Positions 12,664 through 27,800 of a stretch of 64,000 bases of DNA are shown piece by piece (the first letter of the stretch is position 1; every line of letters starts with the position of its first letter). The stretch lies in the NCBI GenBank assembly GCA_012295275.1, contig CM022665.1, forward strand, positions 43,276,001 through 43,340,000, read 5' to 3'. Origin of the DNA: Chrysomallon squamiferum (taxonomy: Eukaryota > Animalia > Mollusca). The translations under genes were made by a program, and so were the position numbers. The notes beneath the pieces were generated by a model. That model did no database searches. It was given only the letters and a program-made list of their open reading frames with translations, and was not told the origin of the DNA.

Positions 12664-15468
12664 ATAAATAAATAAAATAAAATTAGTCAGAATCAAAATT
12701 ATCACTTTCTTAAAATCTATTTTATATAGGAAAATGAAATGGAGAAAAGATGATTAATATCTATATTTATGAATGACAAGTAACCACAAATTACCAGCAA
12801 TTTCTACATTCAATCAATACTATCATTTTCTTCTTTCATATAATTATTATTACAGAAATAAGCATATGTTAGACATTAACAACAGTCATTGATAAATGTG
12901 TCAAGGTATCAATCATTACACAAATTTCCATTCATTTCATCCTGACTATGTTATTATTCTGTACTTAAACAATAACACAGCTTTATATGATGAACTGTAA
13001 TTAACAAGGGAAGAAAACCTAGCACTGACATATCAATCACTCAACGCAGTTTTCAGAAATACTTTACCCAAACAATACTTGCCACTAAAAGGAAGCATAT
13101 ACTCACTTCAGTTTGCCGAGAAGGCCATCGACATAGTTAACCTTCTAATAAAGCAATCTGCATCTTATGGATGTAGCTCAGGTGGGACACATAAAAACTA
13201 TCACATAAAGGGATAATAAAGCTGTGAAATTTTCATTTTCTCACACACAGACACTGTCAGTAATTATAACAGGCTGGGATTCATCATAATACCTGGATTA
13301 TGAATTATTAATATTTGTCCAAACCATCCTATTCAGTGTCAACACTAAGCATCTGGAGGTTATCAGGGTTCAATTCGGGGTCAGGTACAGAATGATGGTG
13401 CAGATACAAAATAAGCAGTTTGTATAGTAATTTCATTATCTCCTTATACTGGTACCATTTACCTTTCCGAGTCAGTGAGTTTCACATGTGTCAGTAATGC
13501 AGTAGGCAAGCAAGCCACTGGCTTCAATCAGTCTTGATCACACAGAAGCTGAATTTAGAAAGACCAGTAGGTACAGACATCATTTCTGGAATCCCCTGCC
13601 CATTTACTGACTGAGAGACAAATGGAGAAGGACAAAACCACTGTTCCCTTTCTTATAATTAATATTCTAATTTGATTACTCTGCCAAGGACAGACAAACA
13701 TGTATTTGAAATGCTGGCCCAAAAGACACACATTCTTGAATCCACAAGAGATGCTTGGACATTTCTAATAATTCACAGATATTATTAAAAGAATAAAACC
13801 TCATAAAATTATACATTTAAGATATAATTACATTTTCAAGTTGTATTTTCTTCAAATATATTAAAATAAATTTTTAATGCTCGTTTTAAAATGTTTCATG
13901 ACTTCATGCTCTAAGTATGACAATCATGTAACAAAATGCAGTTTTAAACTCAAATTACTAAATAATTTTAAAACACTGATCCTTATTATATGGCTAAAAT
14001 TAACATTAGAAAGATAATATACCAAATACAACATGTGCAAAAAAAAAATAAAAAAAAATAAAATATTAATAAAAAAAATTTAAAATGTAATGTATCGAAT
14101 GCTCAATTCTGTTAAAAACACTTAACTTATATCAATAACAAGAAAAACAGAACAAAATAACAAAAAACCACAACCAACATACCAACATTCCAACATTAAC
14201 TAACTGCAACAAAACCTACATCCTTCTACAGCTATCTTTCTCTAATCTAGTAACAAATATTGATTTTTAAAACTTTTATTACTAACCTAATTATATTTTA
14301 AAAAAAAAAAGACAATACAATCAATACTGTAAAAATAAAAATGCAGCAACAAAAACTACCGAGGTTATTGCTGTTGCTTGGGCACTTTATTTCAATTGAC
14401 CATTGAATTCTGTCAACTGTGCAAGGTGTGTGTGTTCTGAGAAAGATTTGCATCAACACAAAAGCAATGAATCCATCTAGCACTTGATGTTGACAAAACA
14501 TCTCTGCAGTGGTGTGTATATACAGAGTATTAAACAACAAACAGAAAGGCTGTGTCCACTTGTAATACAAGGCCAACACTGCAGTCTCACGCCAATCTCT
14601 CATCTAGTAACAACAATACACAAAACCGTATGGCCAACAGACCTTCAGGGAATTTTTGCTAATTAAGTCCTGCCATGATTATCTGTAGCTGAATTTAATT
14701 AGGACTTGTAGATCTTGTAACAACACTGGTGTCTCATTGGCAATGTGAAGAAATATAGATATAGTTATCGCCTTTTCAGTATTAAACATTGTATGTTGGT
14801 CATACTGGTTGACAAAACACTGATATATGCACATGTTATCTGTAAAATAACGATAATGAAAAAAGGTAATATGCTATAAAGTTATATCATTATTATGAAT
14901 TATACATAGTTTTATAATGGAAAATATAAGATAGGATATCTACTTTAAACATTTACACACACACACACACACAATTTATTAATCAAATGGATAAAACTGA
15001 AATAAAATATTACTTACCTATAACCTGAACATGATTTGTGTATTATTGTAACAAAGTGTGCATCTACTTTTATGTGAAACAACAATTTCTCCAGTAAATT
15101 AACAAGCACTACTCAGGTTATTTCCAAATTACCTTCAAGATGCTCGCCTACAAATAAGCCATGATTGTGCTAACACTTCCATAGGACTTTTCATTCTGAG
15201 CACTAAAATGCTTTCATGGAATCAAGCAATTGAAATAATTGGTTTTCCTCAGCCAAACAAATGTATGACTCAAAATAATCAAAAGATTAAGGTCAGAAGT
15301 TCAGAAACCATTCTATAATGTTAATGTAACACCAGAACCATATTAACAAAAGGTGTGATGTTGAATTCTAGGAAATGCATTACTGCATGCATATTGCACC
15401 ATTTCAGAAATATCAGAATACTGGTAATTTCATAAATGAAAAATACTAATTTCTATGATTCTGTGAAA

Positions 15469-15502
<34 letters not shown>

Positions 15503-16525
15503 GTTTTCTGTTGTTACTATTGTTATTTTATTTTTATTTTTTCCAATTTTTTTAAATTTAAATTTAAATAACAAATTACAAAATTTTAACTAAAGAGTTT
15601 TTAAGATTTCTGTGACATGCAAGACAGTTTTTGTAGAAAAGGTAATGTAATAATGTTTGATATATTATTAATAATAATCATCTTGAAAAATAGAGGAAAC
15701 ATGGCAGATGTCAGTAATTCTTCAATTTTGAAAATCTTAAAAAAATTAATCATTTCGAAGATGAGAAAAAAAAAATTAAAAACAAGAAAATATTTGTAAA
15801 AATTAAAAAATATAATAACAGAATCTTTCAAAACAGCCAGCTGCCAAATAAAACATGAAGTATCATCTTGCAAGCCATCAACTTCACAACCGATCACAAT
15901 ACAGTGTCTGTTTTAATGTACATCTCAGAACATTTCCTGCTTTAATCTTTCACCATTCTGTGGAAATATGAGTGAAAAGAACTCCCAGTGCATGGCATTC
16001 CCACCACTGTCCAGTTATTGATTGATGAACGATCCCAACGTTTTAGCCAGACATTGACATCTCTGACATTCTCTTTAACTGCATTGTCTCTGCATGCTGG
16101 AAAACACTAATACCTAAATTTTGTTTTTTCTTGTATTTTTCTTCTGAACATTTTATCTGTCTGGCTTTATCTGTCTCAACCTCAAGTTTACTTTTGTTAT
16201 TTGTCTGTGTTTAAACTTCTTATCAACGTCTACAACAAAACAAGTCAACACTCACCTTCTATGTCAACCAGGTGTTTCAGAAATGTTTTCTTGAATGGCT
16301 GGAATTTTTACAATTACGTCTAAGTTTATTTGAGTACGAGTTTAATAGTATACTGAAATAATTTACTCTTTTTTCCCCACCCCTCTCCAAACTGGTTAAC
16401 TTTTAAAGACAGCTTGTAACATCTGTGCCTACAACAAAAGTGCAAACGAGTTTCTGAAAGAAAAATACTATCAAGCATGCACGTATGTTAGTTACAGGTA
16501 ATTTCATTTCTGGAATCCTTAACTA

Positions 16526-16800
16526 CTAATTTCATAACCACAAGAAAGAAAAAAGTATCCAGGTATAACATGTATGTCCCAGGTAATTTAAATCTGATTT
16601 CCTTACCTGTCATATCTAATTTCATTACCCCAAGAAAGAGAAAAAAGTATCCAGGTATAACATGTATTTTCCGGATAATTTAAATCTGATGTCATTACCT
16701 GTCATATCTAATTTTATAACCACAAGAAACAAAAAACTATCCAGGTATAACATGCAGTTCCTAGCTGATTTAAATTTGATCTCTGTCATATCTAATTTCA
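16526..16800. repeat. Minisatellite, 3 copies of a ~90 bp unit
   Basis: CTAATTT.AT.ACC.CAAGAAA..AAAAA.TATCCAGGTATAACATG...TTTAAAT.TGAT...CTGTCATAT at ~16526, ~16616 and ~16708. Confidence 0.9.
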
Positions 16801-19800
16801 AAAGCTGAAAATGAAAAAAAAATAAATAAAAAAATAAAAAAACCCATTTTCAGATAGAATTTTTTTTTTTTTTTTTATCAGGAATCCTTACCTGTCTTGT
16901 GTATTTTCGTAACCTGTGGAGGGAACTAATTCCCAGGTAACAGAGTATTTATACAAGTGTCTAAATCATTTAAATAATCCATCAGTCTCAGTTAGGCACT
17001 AAGAGCAGTGTTTACTGTCGAGGCGTCATCAGCCACATGCTATATTAAATTAGATAGACCAGATTGTTTATATACTTCACAGGCAAACCATAATAGTGTA
17101 CTCTGCTATTCCCTGATTCTCCATTTCTAGTTACAGGGTGTGGGAACATCCAAAATTTACTACAAACAAACAGTATTAGGAATTTACCATGTTGCAGTGG
17201 AATGTAATCATTATTTTCAGTCTCAGTAAAACATATAGAAAAATGAATGCTTCATAATCTGTTGTCTGCTTGGTACCTAAATAGAGTAATTAAAAACATT
17301 GTCATGTACAAGTAATCCTATATCCATTACTCTGTTTTCTCATTTTACAGATGGATAACTCAACTCCTACCCACCCTTTGCAGGCCTATTTGATCATCTA
17401 AATCACCTTACAAAACTGTTTTTGTTATAGAGTTAATAATTACCTTTGAAACATTAAGTTTATAATGACATTTTTATTTTCCTCCAGGTGAAACAATGCA
17501 TAATCAGCTTCTAAGAACATAATCTGACTTTTGTAGACAGATTTCTTGATACCACTAATGGCTAATCATCAAAATTAGGTGTATTTAAATGACTAACATA
17601 CTAACAAATGTATTTTTATTTTATTTTTTATTGCTTCCCTGATACATTCAGGTTACTGAGGGGCTGGTCTCATGTATTTTAAGTTTTTACTTCTAGGGGA
17701 ACACCTTGATATGCTAAACAAATGTCTTATTGGTTGTTCAATTGTTTAACACTATATTGTGGACAGTATCACAGAGATCCTAGAATGAAGTTATAAGATA
17801 AATATATTTAACTTCTGTTTTTCTTGATGATAATGGATATCTGCAGTGGGCTTAGTAAGGGCTTACTCTTACTGTTATATTATGTAGCCTATATTTTAAC
17901 ATATAGATGAGAACACACACAAAGGTGTGATGAACTGTTTATGGTCAGTGACTGCAATGGGAAGCTGCCCATTTCCACTGGCAAGAGCTGGACCTTCTAT
18001 GATTCTCCACTCTTTAGATCAACACAATAATCTGCGTTAAACTCACTAATTATTTTCTAACCAATTTACTGAACAAACAGTTAAATATTTTCTATTCTTT
18101 AGGAATTAAAAAAAACACATTTCTAACTGCTGAACAGTGATGTGTGATGTGTCAGAAAAACTGTTACACCATGACATTTCTTGTTTCAAGTGTGATTATA
18201 GAGATTATCTTCGAGGTAAGTTAATCTGTGCTTAAGACTAAAATAAAGAAGGAAAAGATGTGTGGATGGGTGAAAAAAACCACATGGCTGCGTTCCTGTA
18301 TGTTCATTATAGATTACTGCTGGATACCATGTTTTGTAAATAGTTTTTTAACACAGATGTTACACACAGCTTATTTTCAAACCCATGGTGCTTGCAGAAT
18401 TAGAAAAAAATCATGGCTGAATATAAAAAAAAAAAAAAAATGGAGGAAATAAATATTAGTTTAAAATTCAGTACTTAAAAAAATATATAGATTAAACAAA
18501 GAACTAATTTTTGTTTCATTCTTCCTTTTTTTTTTTTTTAAATGACACTCCCATAAATAATCCAATCAAAACTTGTTAAGGGTATTTATGCTTTTTTTTT
18601 ATTTCTGTTTGAATACCATCCATCTTTTAAAAATATTTTTTAATTTATTTATATTAATTTCAGTTATAAAACTATTTAACACCAGTGCAAGTTGCCTAAA
18701 TTTAGAAACATCAGCTAGATCAGATATAGAAACAAAGCTCTAATTGTCCGTAATGACCAGTCCATGCTACTTAAAACATGTTATAAAAATAACTGCAGCA
18801 ATCAGAAAAATCACACCAATGACAAATTACAACATTCTCTCAAATGTTTCGACACAATTATTTCTGTCTCAAGCTTTCCACCAGGAACATAATAGTTCTT
18901 CCTTCCCATTCAGCAAAAAGATCAAGATGACACAGTCAGTCACCACAGTGTTAGCTCAGTGAAGGAGACCAGGCAGCTACATTGAAACAATCAGCTCTTT
19001 GTTCTCTGTCCAGCTGGAGGAGGCCAGTGTGAGGGATTCTCACTGAGCTGACACTTGGTGCACACACTTGGTAAATCCACAGTTGAGTAATCCCAGACTC
19101 TTTTACTTTGTTTTCTCTCTTCATTTATTTAATTTACACAAGTTATGACACAACAAATAAGGGATTTTTCATTTTATTTTCCACATTTTAATTTAATACT
19201 GTATGAAACATTATTAATAATAATTATTATTATTGTTAATTATTTTTAATTTTAATATTTATTTTTTTATTTGTTTATTTATTTTAGTTGACATTGTTGC
19301 AGCTTTATTTTAGTTGGCATTATTACTGGTGCTTTATTTATTTTATTTTTTTCCAGTTGTTACATAATTTTAGCAATTTTGGGAAAATAATTCAACTTAA
19401 AGGACAAAAAAAAAACAAAAAACAAACCCTTATTAATAACTGAGCAACTATTACTAACAATGTTACAGACAGCCTGAAATTAATAAAAGATCAAGGCACT
19501 ATTTGAACAAATAAATTATTATTTTTTCATTCCAGTTTTTTTTTTTTTTTAACTATTACCATTCATATTCCAACTCAACTAGTTTACTTCTGAAATAAAC
19601 AGCAGTAAACAGGCTGTTAATTATCTGTCATTTCTAAACAAAAAGTCACACAGTTACATACACTGTATTTGTAACCCAATGAATTACAACAAGAAAGAGT
19701 AAATAAAAAAACAAACTTAAATGAACATTTATTTGACAGCACACAACATGAGGTTTAATTAACCAGCAGTAAATGAGAGTTCAATAAATACATACAGCTG

Positions 19801-20682
19801 TGTAAACAATTTATTTTACAACCTTAACTTATTTGATGTTTTATCAACCACCAGCACAGGAGGAATTGAGGTTAGATGTGCATTTTTGGAGGGCTTTTTT
19901 GATCAGTAGAATATAAACATTCAAAACCCTAGGCAGAAATAACAGCAGCAGTAGTAGTAGTAATAAAAAAATATATATTTAAATGAAAATTTCATATTAC
20001 TTATTTCTGAACCAAAAAAAAACAACAACCAAAAAATGTATAATTATAATAATAAGAAGAAAATAATGTTAAACAAAATTCCTTAAAGAAAGAATTTAAA
20101 AAAATAAATAAAAAGAAAATATAGTAAATAAAATTTTAAAAAAAACAACAAAACAAAAGTTAAAAAAAAAAAAAAAAAAGTTAACTAAATATAAACCTAA
20201 TTTAATGTTCAACATCCTGATACAAATCAAGCCATGTATAAAATGACCAGCATGTGTGGATCAGTGCAGGTTTTCAGCCAGGATATTTCTCAGGTGAAAT
20301 ACGACAAAAAACTATCATGACAAGGGTCTACATACTGGGAATTGAGAAATGTTTACCACAGAGCCAAGGAATCCTCAACTACAAAGCAGAGCTAACATGA
20401 CTGATCTGATACTCAAACAAGACAATAGCCAAGACAAATGTCGACATTATAACCAAATATCAACATCTCAGCTTTTCAGGTTTGTTTCAGTCAGGACCAT
20501 ACACCTAGTTATCTTAAAAATCAATTTCATGCATGTTAAAATAAAATGTTTTAAATTTCTTCCTCTCATAATGTTTTATGTATGCCTCCCTATTTCCGGC
20601 TATGAAGGCCAGACAGTTTATCTTGCACTCGACAAATCAATACTTAATTTATTATGCAGCTGCCTCTTAAAAGGGAGCTAAC

Positions 20683-21888
20683 TAGAGTTGTAATCACAAT
20701 GGATTACAGCCATTACATTTCTTCCTGTAATCCAATGTAATCTGTTGCAACTGATAACCACAGTTTGCTCAGTTATAATTGTAACTGAAAGGATTTTGTT
20801 AAGATTACTCTGCCTATTTAAAATCAAAGCAGTTTGCCTGGTGGTGACTCACTGCATTGGTAGACAGATTACATCAAAGACACAGTTGCTTTTTTTGTTG
20901 TTTTAGTTTTTCAGTAAGTAACAGTGAGTTCCTGGATATTTCAGCATTATGACATGCCGCCTTGATCAACTGGAAAAATTACAGCTTTTTGTGAATGCTG
21001 CCATTCTGATAAGATGTTATTGAAATAACAGTACGTAATAAAAACACACCTGAATACCTGTATTCTATAAAAGGATGCTGTATATTAGTACACAGGTATG
21101 TTACATAACATTATTATTTTATTCTGGATTAATTAACTGTTAAACATAAAACAAAATATATTTATTTGTTTACACAGAAAACATCCACAGATCCACACTG
21201 AACATGTCATCATCATAAGCTGATATTTCAAGTACTTTCAATTCTCCTGCTTCCAAATCATTTTTATCATTGCTGCCATTGTAGACTGAAGATTTTAAAT
21301 TAAAGTGGTGTGCTCCAGAAGACTTAATGCCACAACATATTTCTAACAGAGCAAACCATTGACAAGAACAACTCCCTTACAACTACTGAAACTAAAAGTA
21401 CCAGATCAGGATCTTGTAAATGTGCACATTTAACCACTAATAGTGATGATCTCATGGATTTCATGGATTTCATGGACTCATCATCTCCAACTGAAAATGA
21501 TTCAAAGGTTTCCAGTGAAATTAACATTTACCTCAGTGAACCTCTAGAACACCAGTATTTAGACTGGAAGATTCACCAGTCAAAATTTCCCATTCTGGCT
21601 AATGTTGTTTCAGAACATTTACAAATTCCAGCAACTTCAGATACAGTAGAGCACCTATTTGGTGTCACTGAACAGGACTTGCTAAAAGGTGCAGTCTTTG
21701 ACATACTGATGTTTGTGAAATGTAAAAAGAATTTCAAATGTAGTAACAACTGTCAAAACAGAACTACTGTGACTTTGTACTTCCTCCAATTTTTTTCATG
21801 AGTTAAATATTTAGTACTGTCCATAAAAAGAAAATATTCATAAATAGAAATATATCCATAAATGCAGAATTCTAAAAACCTAACACTG
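20683..21888 (+). mobile_element. Degenerate hAT-superfamily DNA transposon remnant inside the klarsicht-like intron
   Basis: ORF 21454-21801 encodes YLSEP...W...KFPILANVVSEHLQIPATSDTVEHLF...LMFVKC, a decayed hAT C-terminal dimerisation domain (consensus L.IPATSA..ER.FS). Upstream at ~21272-21310 the sequence reads AAIVD*RF then, after a frameshift, KLKWC (the AA.LDPRFKL.W motif). Clustered GTAATC/GATTAC subterminal-type repeats lie at 20690-20810. Ends are approximate and I found no target-site duplication. Confidence 0.8.
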
Positions 21889-24800
21889 TGGTGACTGGTT
21901 TCATATTCATGGATTTTAAATATTAATTCAACTCAGAATTAACATGAAAACATTTCTGAATCTTAAAATTCATAGTTTCTTTATTATTTCTCTAGAGAAT
22001 TAATTTAATTTTTATTATGTACATTAAATATTTATTTGTTACCAATTACTGTCTCTGTAAATGTTAAACCTTTATTCTTAATTATTCTGTGACATAAAGG
22101 TCAGACAGCATTAATGTGTATGAAAAATGACAGATTCTGGAAGGTTGAGCTATTTTCTATAGGTTAACAGGGAAAAATCAAAAATTAAATTTTAGCAGGA
22201 AACATTTCTAATAATTCAAAGACCTACTGCCTTTCTGAATGCAAAAAAGAATACATATAAATATATGCACTGTATGTTTTAAAATATTATTTGTCATGGC
22301 TAATGAAAATAGAATAATTTATATATTTTTTATGTTTTCATTAAATAATCACCAGTTTGCTGTAATTAATCATATTCATAATAAGAAAAACCCAACAAAA
22401 CAACATTTTTCCTACACTTTTTTTTTTCTTCAAAATTCCAAGATGTGTAAGAATAAATAAAACTTACCTATAATATAAAAATATAAATATTTCAAAGCAT
22501 CAGGAATTCGCATATTCAGAACTATCAATCTCACAAAATCAGCCATGTTGGTGTCAAAGTATCACAGAAAAGAGCATCCAATCTTCCACTCAATCTGTGA
22601 CACCGAAGACAATTTAGGATCAAGAAAGACTTCATATTTGTTAGTATCACAGCCAGACTTAAAACAAGATAACCCTGCCACAAAGCTCAATACTGTATTG
22701 ATAACCAAGCCTAGCCCCCATGGACACACACACACACAGTGTGGTCATTTTCTTCTGAACTGCATACAGCAAATACAGAAATGTCAGACTGTGCCAGGCA
22801 GAGTAGAGCTGCAGTTGACAATAATACACTGCCAGTTGGAACCAGTCCACAAACAGTGAGAGTTTCCTTGCTAGGGAAAGTGGAACAAACAGGAGTTCAC
22901 ATGTTTGACAGAACCGAAAGTGCAGCTGTGTTATTTATGTACTTCTGTTATTTACATACAATGGTGTGTTTTACATTATGTCATGCAAGAGAGATAAATA
23001 AACGCATAAAACTTTAAAAAGTCCATTAAGAGGTATCTGTAATAAGGAATCTCGTATTTCTATTTATGGCCCATTCCACTCTTAAACGACCCTTCTGTGA
23101 AAACATCCCTCCCTTTATACTCCTTTCATTATTATGAAAAATAAATGACCCCTTTTTAAAATTAAAAAAATAATAATTTATAAATGTTTTTTCCAAAATT
23201 ATTATTTAAAAAAAAAAAAAAAAAATAATAATAATAATAAATAAATAAATAAATAAATAAAAAAAAAAAAAAAAAGCCAATACACAGGAAAAAATATATA
23301 ACCTTGCAGAATAATAATTTTTTAATGGTTTTATGCCAGCTGTTTTCATTTCTGATACGTGGATCACAGAATGTGATATATGACTTTTAAAATTGAGATG
23401 CCTGTAAACTCTCCATGACTAATATCAAAGTGACATTATTGCTCATTTACTTCCTCTCCCAGTCAGAAATGTTCCTGTAACAAAACCACGCATAATGCAT
23501 CAAAGGAAGTATTAGCAAGAATCATGTGCCTGTAATTTGCTTAATTCCCACATTATTAAATACATTTTTTCTTTTTACATGAACAATACTCAAAATGCAT
23601 TTCAAATAATGGTAATGACAAAGATCAAATTTGTAAAAATGTTTTTCAAATTACTTTTTTAATAATGACAATAAAGATCAATAAAATATTCTGCTTCACA
23701 TTTTACACCTGTTTGTTAAATAATTATTTAGGAATAAAAAATTTAAACCTTCTATATAAAAAAAAAAAAGAAATATTAGTATTTGATTTTTGATATGGTT
23801 ATAACATGTGAAGTGTAATTCTAATAATAATAATAATAATTATAAAATAAATTAACAAAATCAACACAATGAATTACACTTGTTGTGGTTTCTGTAGGCT
23901 TAAATTTGTTTCAGGATTTGTATGCAAACAAGTGTATTTGAGGTATTTTGTACACCTGCGTGTGAACTGATAGAATGGAATTTTACAGACAATATCAAAC
24001 ATGCAACAATGCATAAAAGGTTTGTCATACAGGTTTTCTGAAACCATTGTGAACTTACTAGCCTTGTTTTATTCAAAATACCTTGAAAAAACAAGAAAAA
24101 CCAAAACAAAGAATGACTTTAAAACATTTAAAAATTAGAAAAAAAATAAAAAAATAAAAACCAGCTATTTACAATTTCTCAGTAAAAACAACAAAACAAA
24201 CCAGAAAAAAATAAAATAATAAAGAAAGAAAAATAAAATTAAAAAAAATAAAACTAAAAATGCTTTTCAAATAGTGAGTCACAATTTTTTTAGAGCAGAT
24301 TTCAGATATTATGAAATTCTATACTTTTAAAATTTGTATTTATGTAATACTGTTGTTGTTTTTTAACTGTTATTTAAAAAATAAAATAATAACATAAAAG
24401 CCAGCATTTTTCACTTTCTTGTAAAAATAATTCTTGGATTAATTATCAACAAATTTAATTCTTTATAGAATTGCAAATCTTAAACTTTGACTAATATGAA
24501 TTGTTAATAACACACACACCCACACACAGACACACACCCATACACAGACACACACCCATACACACACACACATTACTCATACAAGTGTGTGTACTATGAC
24601 CTCCCTCTCTCTGCTTTAAAATTTTTCTACAACCAGGCACCACCACCACCTACAACAATTTAAATTTTTACAACATGTTGCTTTTCTACACAATAAACAC
24701 ATCCTTTCTTGTAATTTCTAAGCCCTGTTACCATCATCTGTTTTCACTTTGTGCAGTTTTTCATTCATTTGTTTTTTCCTGAATATTTCTATCCTTAGAA

Positions 24801-27800
24801 TGCCAGAAATTAGTACAATGCTTATTTGTATTATTGGTAAACATTTTAGGCTGTCAGAACAACTGTATAGCCAGGTTGGCCTGTCATTTTATTCTGACAA
24901 TCCTTAAAAAAATTAATACTGTTACCAATAAAAAATCTTCAATTTGGAGTTGCCATCAAAATGAACCCAGTTACAAATAAATATATACATTTCAACAAAT
25001 CTCAACAAATTGTATTTTCACAGGAGCAAAAAATGTGGATAACTATTTTCATGCATTTTAAAACAACATGAAACATAGGTATTTACTAGTATTTTATCAC
25101 TGTGACACTGTACATATTTTTAATGAAATAGTATAGGCTGTCCCATACTTGTGGAATCCTGATTAATTCATATTTTCAATCATTAATATTTTGTTGCAGT
25201 TATTTTTCATCATGTCTTTACTATTGAATTTGAATTTATATATGAAAGAATAGTGACTGATAAATTTAGAACAGTTTACTCTAATTCGAACCATTACTTT
25301 TCTATGATTTTTGATACCTGTATAATCAATGTCTATAAAATCATTAGTGATTTAATTATTTTATAAAAACAAAAATAACGAAATCAAAATGTAGGAAATG
25401 GATAAGATAATGGACTATTCAATTGTTCTCAGGAACTGACAGATCATAACTAATCTATTCCAGACGGCATTATTTTGAAAACAATGACACTGGCAGAGTG
25501 GTCAGTCCTCTGGGACATCACTCTTTAATGGTTAAGATATTACACAAAGGAAAATTGATGTAGTTATGAACTCAAGACTAAAAATTCATTACCATGAAAT
25601 CATGTATTTAAAAAAAAAAAAAATATGAAAGAAAAATATGAATATAGAAGGAATCAAAATGAAAAAAAAAAAAAAAACAGATGAAGATAAAAATGTTTTT
25701 GTTATATCATTATTTTTATTTATTTTTTCTTTTGCCAAGAGATCAGCATTGAAAACATAAAATAAAAAATTGAATCTTGAATGTTAAATATGAAGTTCTT
25801 TGATCTGTTGATAATATTATCAGGTGCATGAAGACATTTCAATTCAAAATTTAGGAAATAAACAAAATCTGTTATAAATGAAACAAATGTTTTTACAAAA
25901 AATTTTTCTTAAGTCTAAAAATGTTCTACTCCTGAAAACTGCTATTTTCATTTTAAATGATTTATGTTACCAATAAAAAAAAATTTGTCTTCAGTTCAAA
26001 GATCAACAAAAAAAACCCTATTATCTACACTTAACAACCATGTTATCATCCTGCTGACATTTTTTTCTCCCTATTTTTAATTTAACCAATTGTTTTTAAG
26101 CCTAGCATTTTATCAAGAGAAGATTTCACATCAGATCTTAAAAAATGGGCAAAAAAAAAAAAAAAAAATTGAGTGCCTTATCTCTCACAAACAGCAAAAG
26201 AAACAGAATCCTAGTGTGGGGGAGTGAAAACTGTCAGTTTGGGGGTAGCTGTTTTGTAGTCCATCAAGGTAATTAAAGAGCTGAAGATTAACGAGTATTT
26301 ATTTTCAGGTGAATTCCAGGTGGAATGATTAGGAGAAAGAAAAACTGAACATCTAAAAAAAACAGTGTCATATGACTTCATTTATCATAAGCTGACCATG
26401 CTGTTTCTTAGTAATACTAATTAGTTACCCGTCAGTCTGTACGTCAGTCTGTACGTTGTTTTTTTAAAATTACTACATTACATTTCTCAGTCTACATGCT
26501 ATTTTTCTAAAGAAACATGTAACAGCTATTAAGTATTTTACCAGTCTCAATTTCTGGGAAGAAAAAAAAAAGTAAATGAAAAGGTTCATTCATCAAGATA
26601 GTCTTTCACCTTTGGGACAAACAAATTTGCTGACAGGACCAGATTCTTCGAATGACTCGACTAAACAGCGATGTAGATATGTGTTTAATAGACTTTCTGA
26701 TCTGAAGCACGAATCCAGACACAATTTGTAACACAAAACTAATGATGAAAGGCTTTGGAAACTGAAACTCAATAAACTTTTATCTATTAAATGTTTTTTT
26801 TTTTTTGTCTTCTTCAGCTTCTCTCAACCTCTGATTAGAAACAGTATGCTCCTGAAGGAAGATTTATTGAATTAACTAATTCATTTTTTTTTTTTTTTTT
26901 TTTTTAACTGGAAGAATGGCCTGTTTTGCAATGATCAGAATGAAGGCTGGATGGATCTGTCCCTTAGAAAAACCCAGATGGCAACTGTTAGTTCTAGCCA
27001 GGGGCTGGTTTATTAAAAAGCATTTTATGTCTTTGCCAATTAAATATCCTTAGGTGCTTATTAATGTGAATGGATGATATCTGCTAGTAATAAACTTCAA
27101 TTTTTTCATATCACAATTACTCACTGACACCTAATAAGAATATTAAAATCTGTTTGTTCATTCTATCATTCATCATTTACTACTCATTCATTCATTTCTG
27201 TTATTTTATTTGAATTTGGAAATGATTCAGCTGATTAGATTACAAATAATAACACTTTAAATGTATTTAAGTGTTTTGATGTTCAGAATAAAAGAATGAA
27301 TTCAAAACCAAGTCTTACATCAGACCAGTGTCCCTCACAACCTGTGCAGTTCCACATGAATGCTTTAGCCTTTACACTGCAGAGAATATATTGATTTTTT
27401 CCACAAAGCAACATGTACTAATAACACACAAAATGTGTATTTAATCTTCCAACAAATGAAATAACTAATAATCCTTTAACCACTTTTCATGTATCAAAAG
27501 AGGTTTTCGAAAGAACTATCATTCAAAATAGTAAGTTAAAATCATGAATAATTCATAAGATACTTCTTACACTGCATTTCAGTAATGTTCAACTTAAAGC
27601 TTTCAGAATCTCAGTAATTCTGGAAGATCAAAATTTTAAAAGACATGCTGCAAATATACTGCCACAATAACCGCAATATGCCTTAAGTAGAAGTACAGTA
27701 ATTCATTCATTTAGGTCAGTCCATTTAAATTTATGACTGGAAAAATGAAAGTGTCAAAACAGATATATTTAGAAAAAACACATATCATTCTGACATTGAA

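Noticed and set aside
16526-16800. Regularly spaced repeats suggesting a CRISPR-like array
   Set aside because: Whole units are homologous with no unique spacers, in a eukaryotic intron: an ordinary minisatellite.
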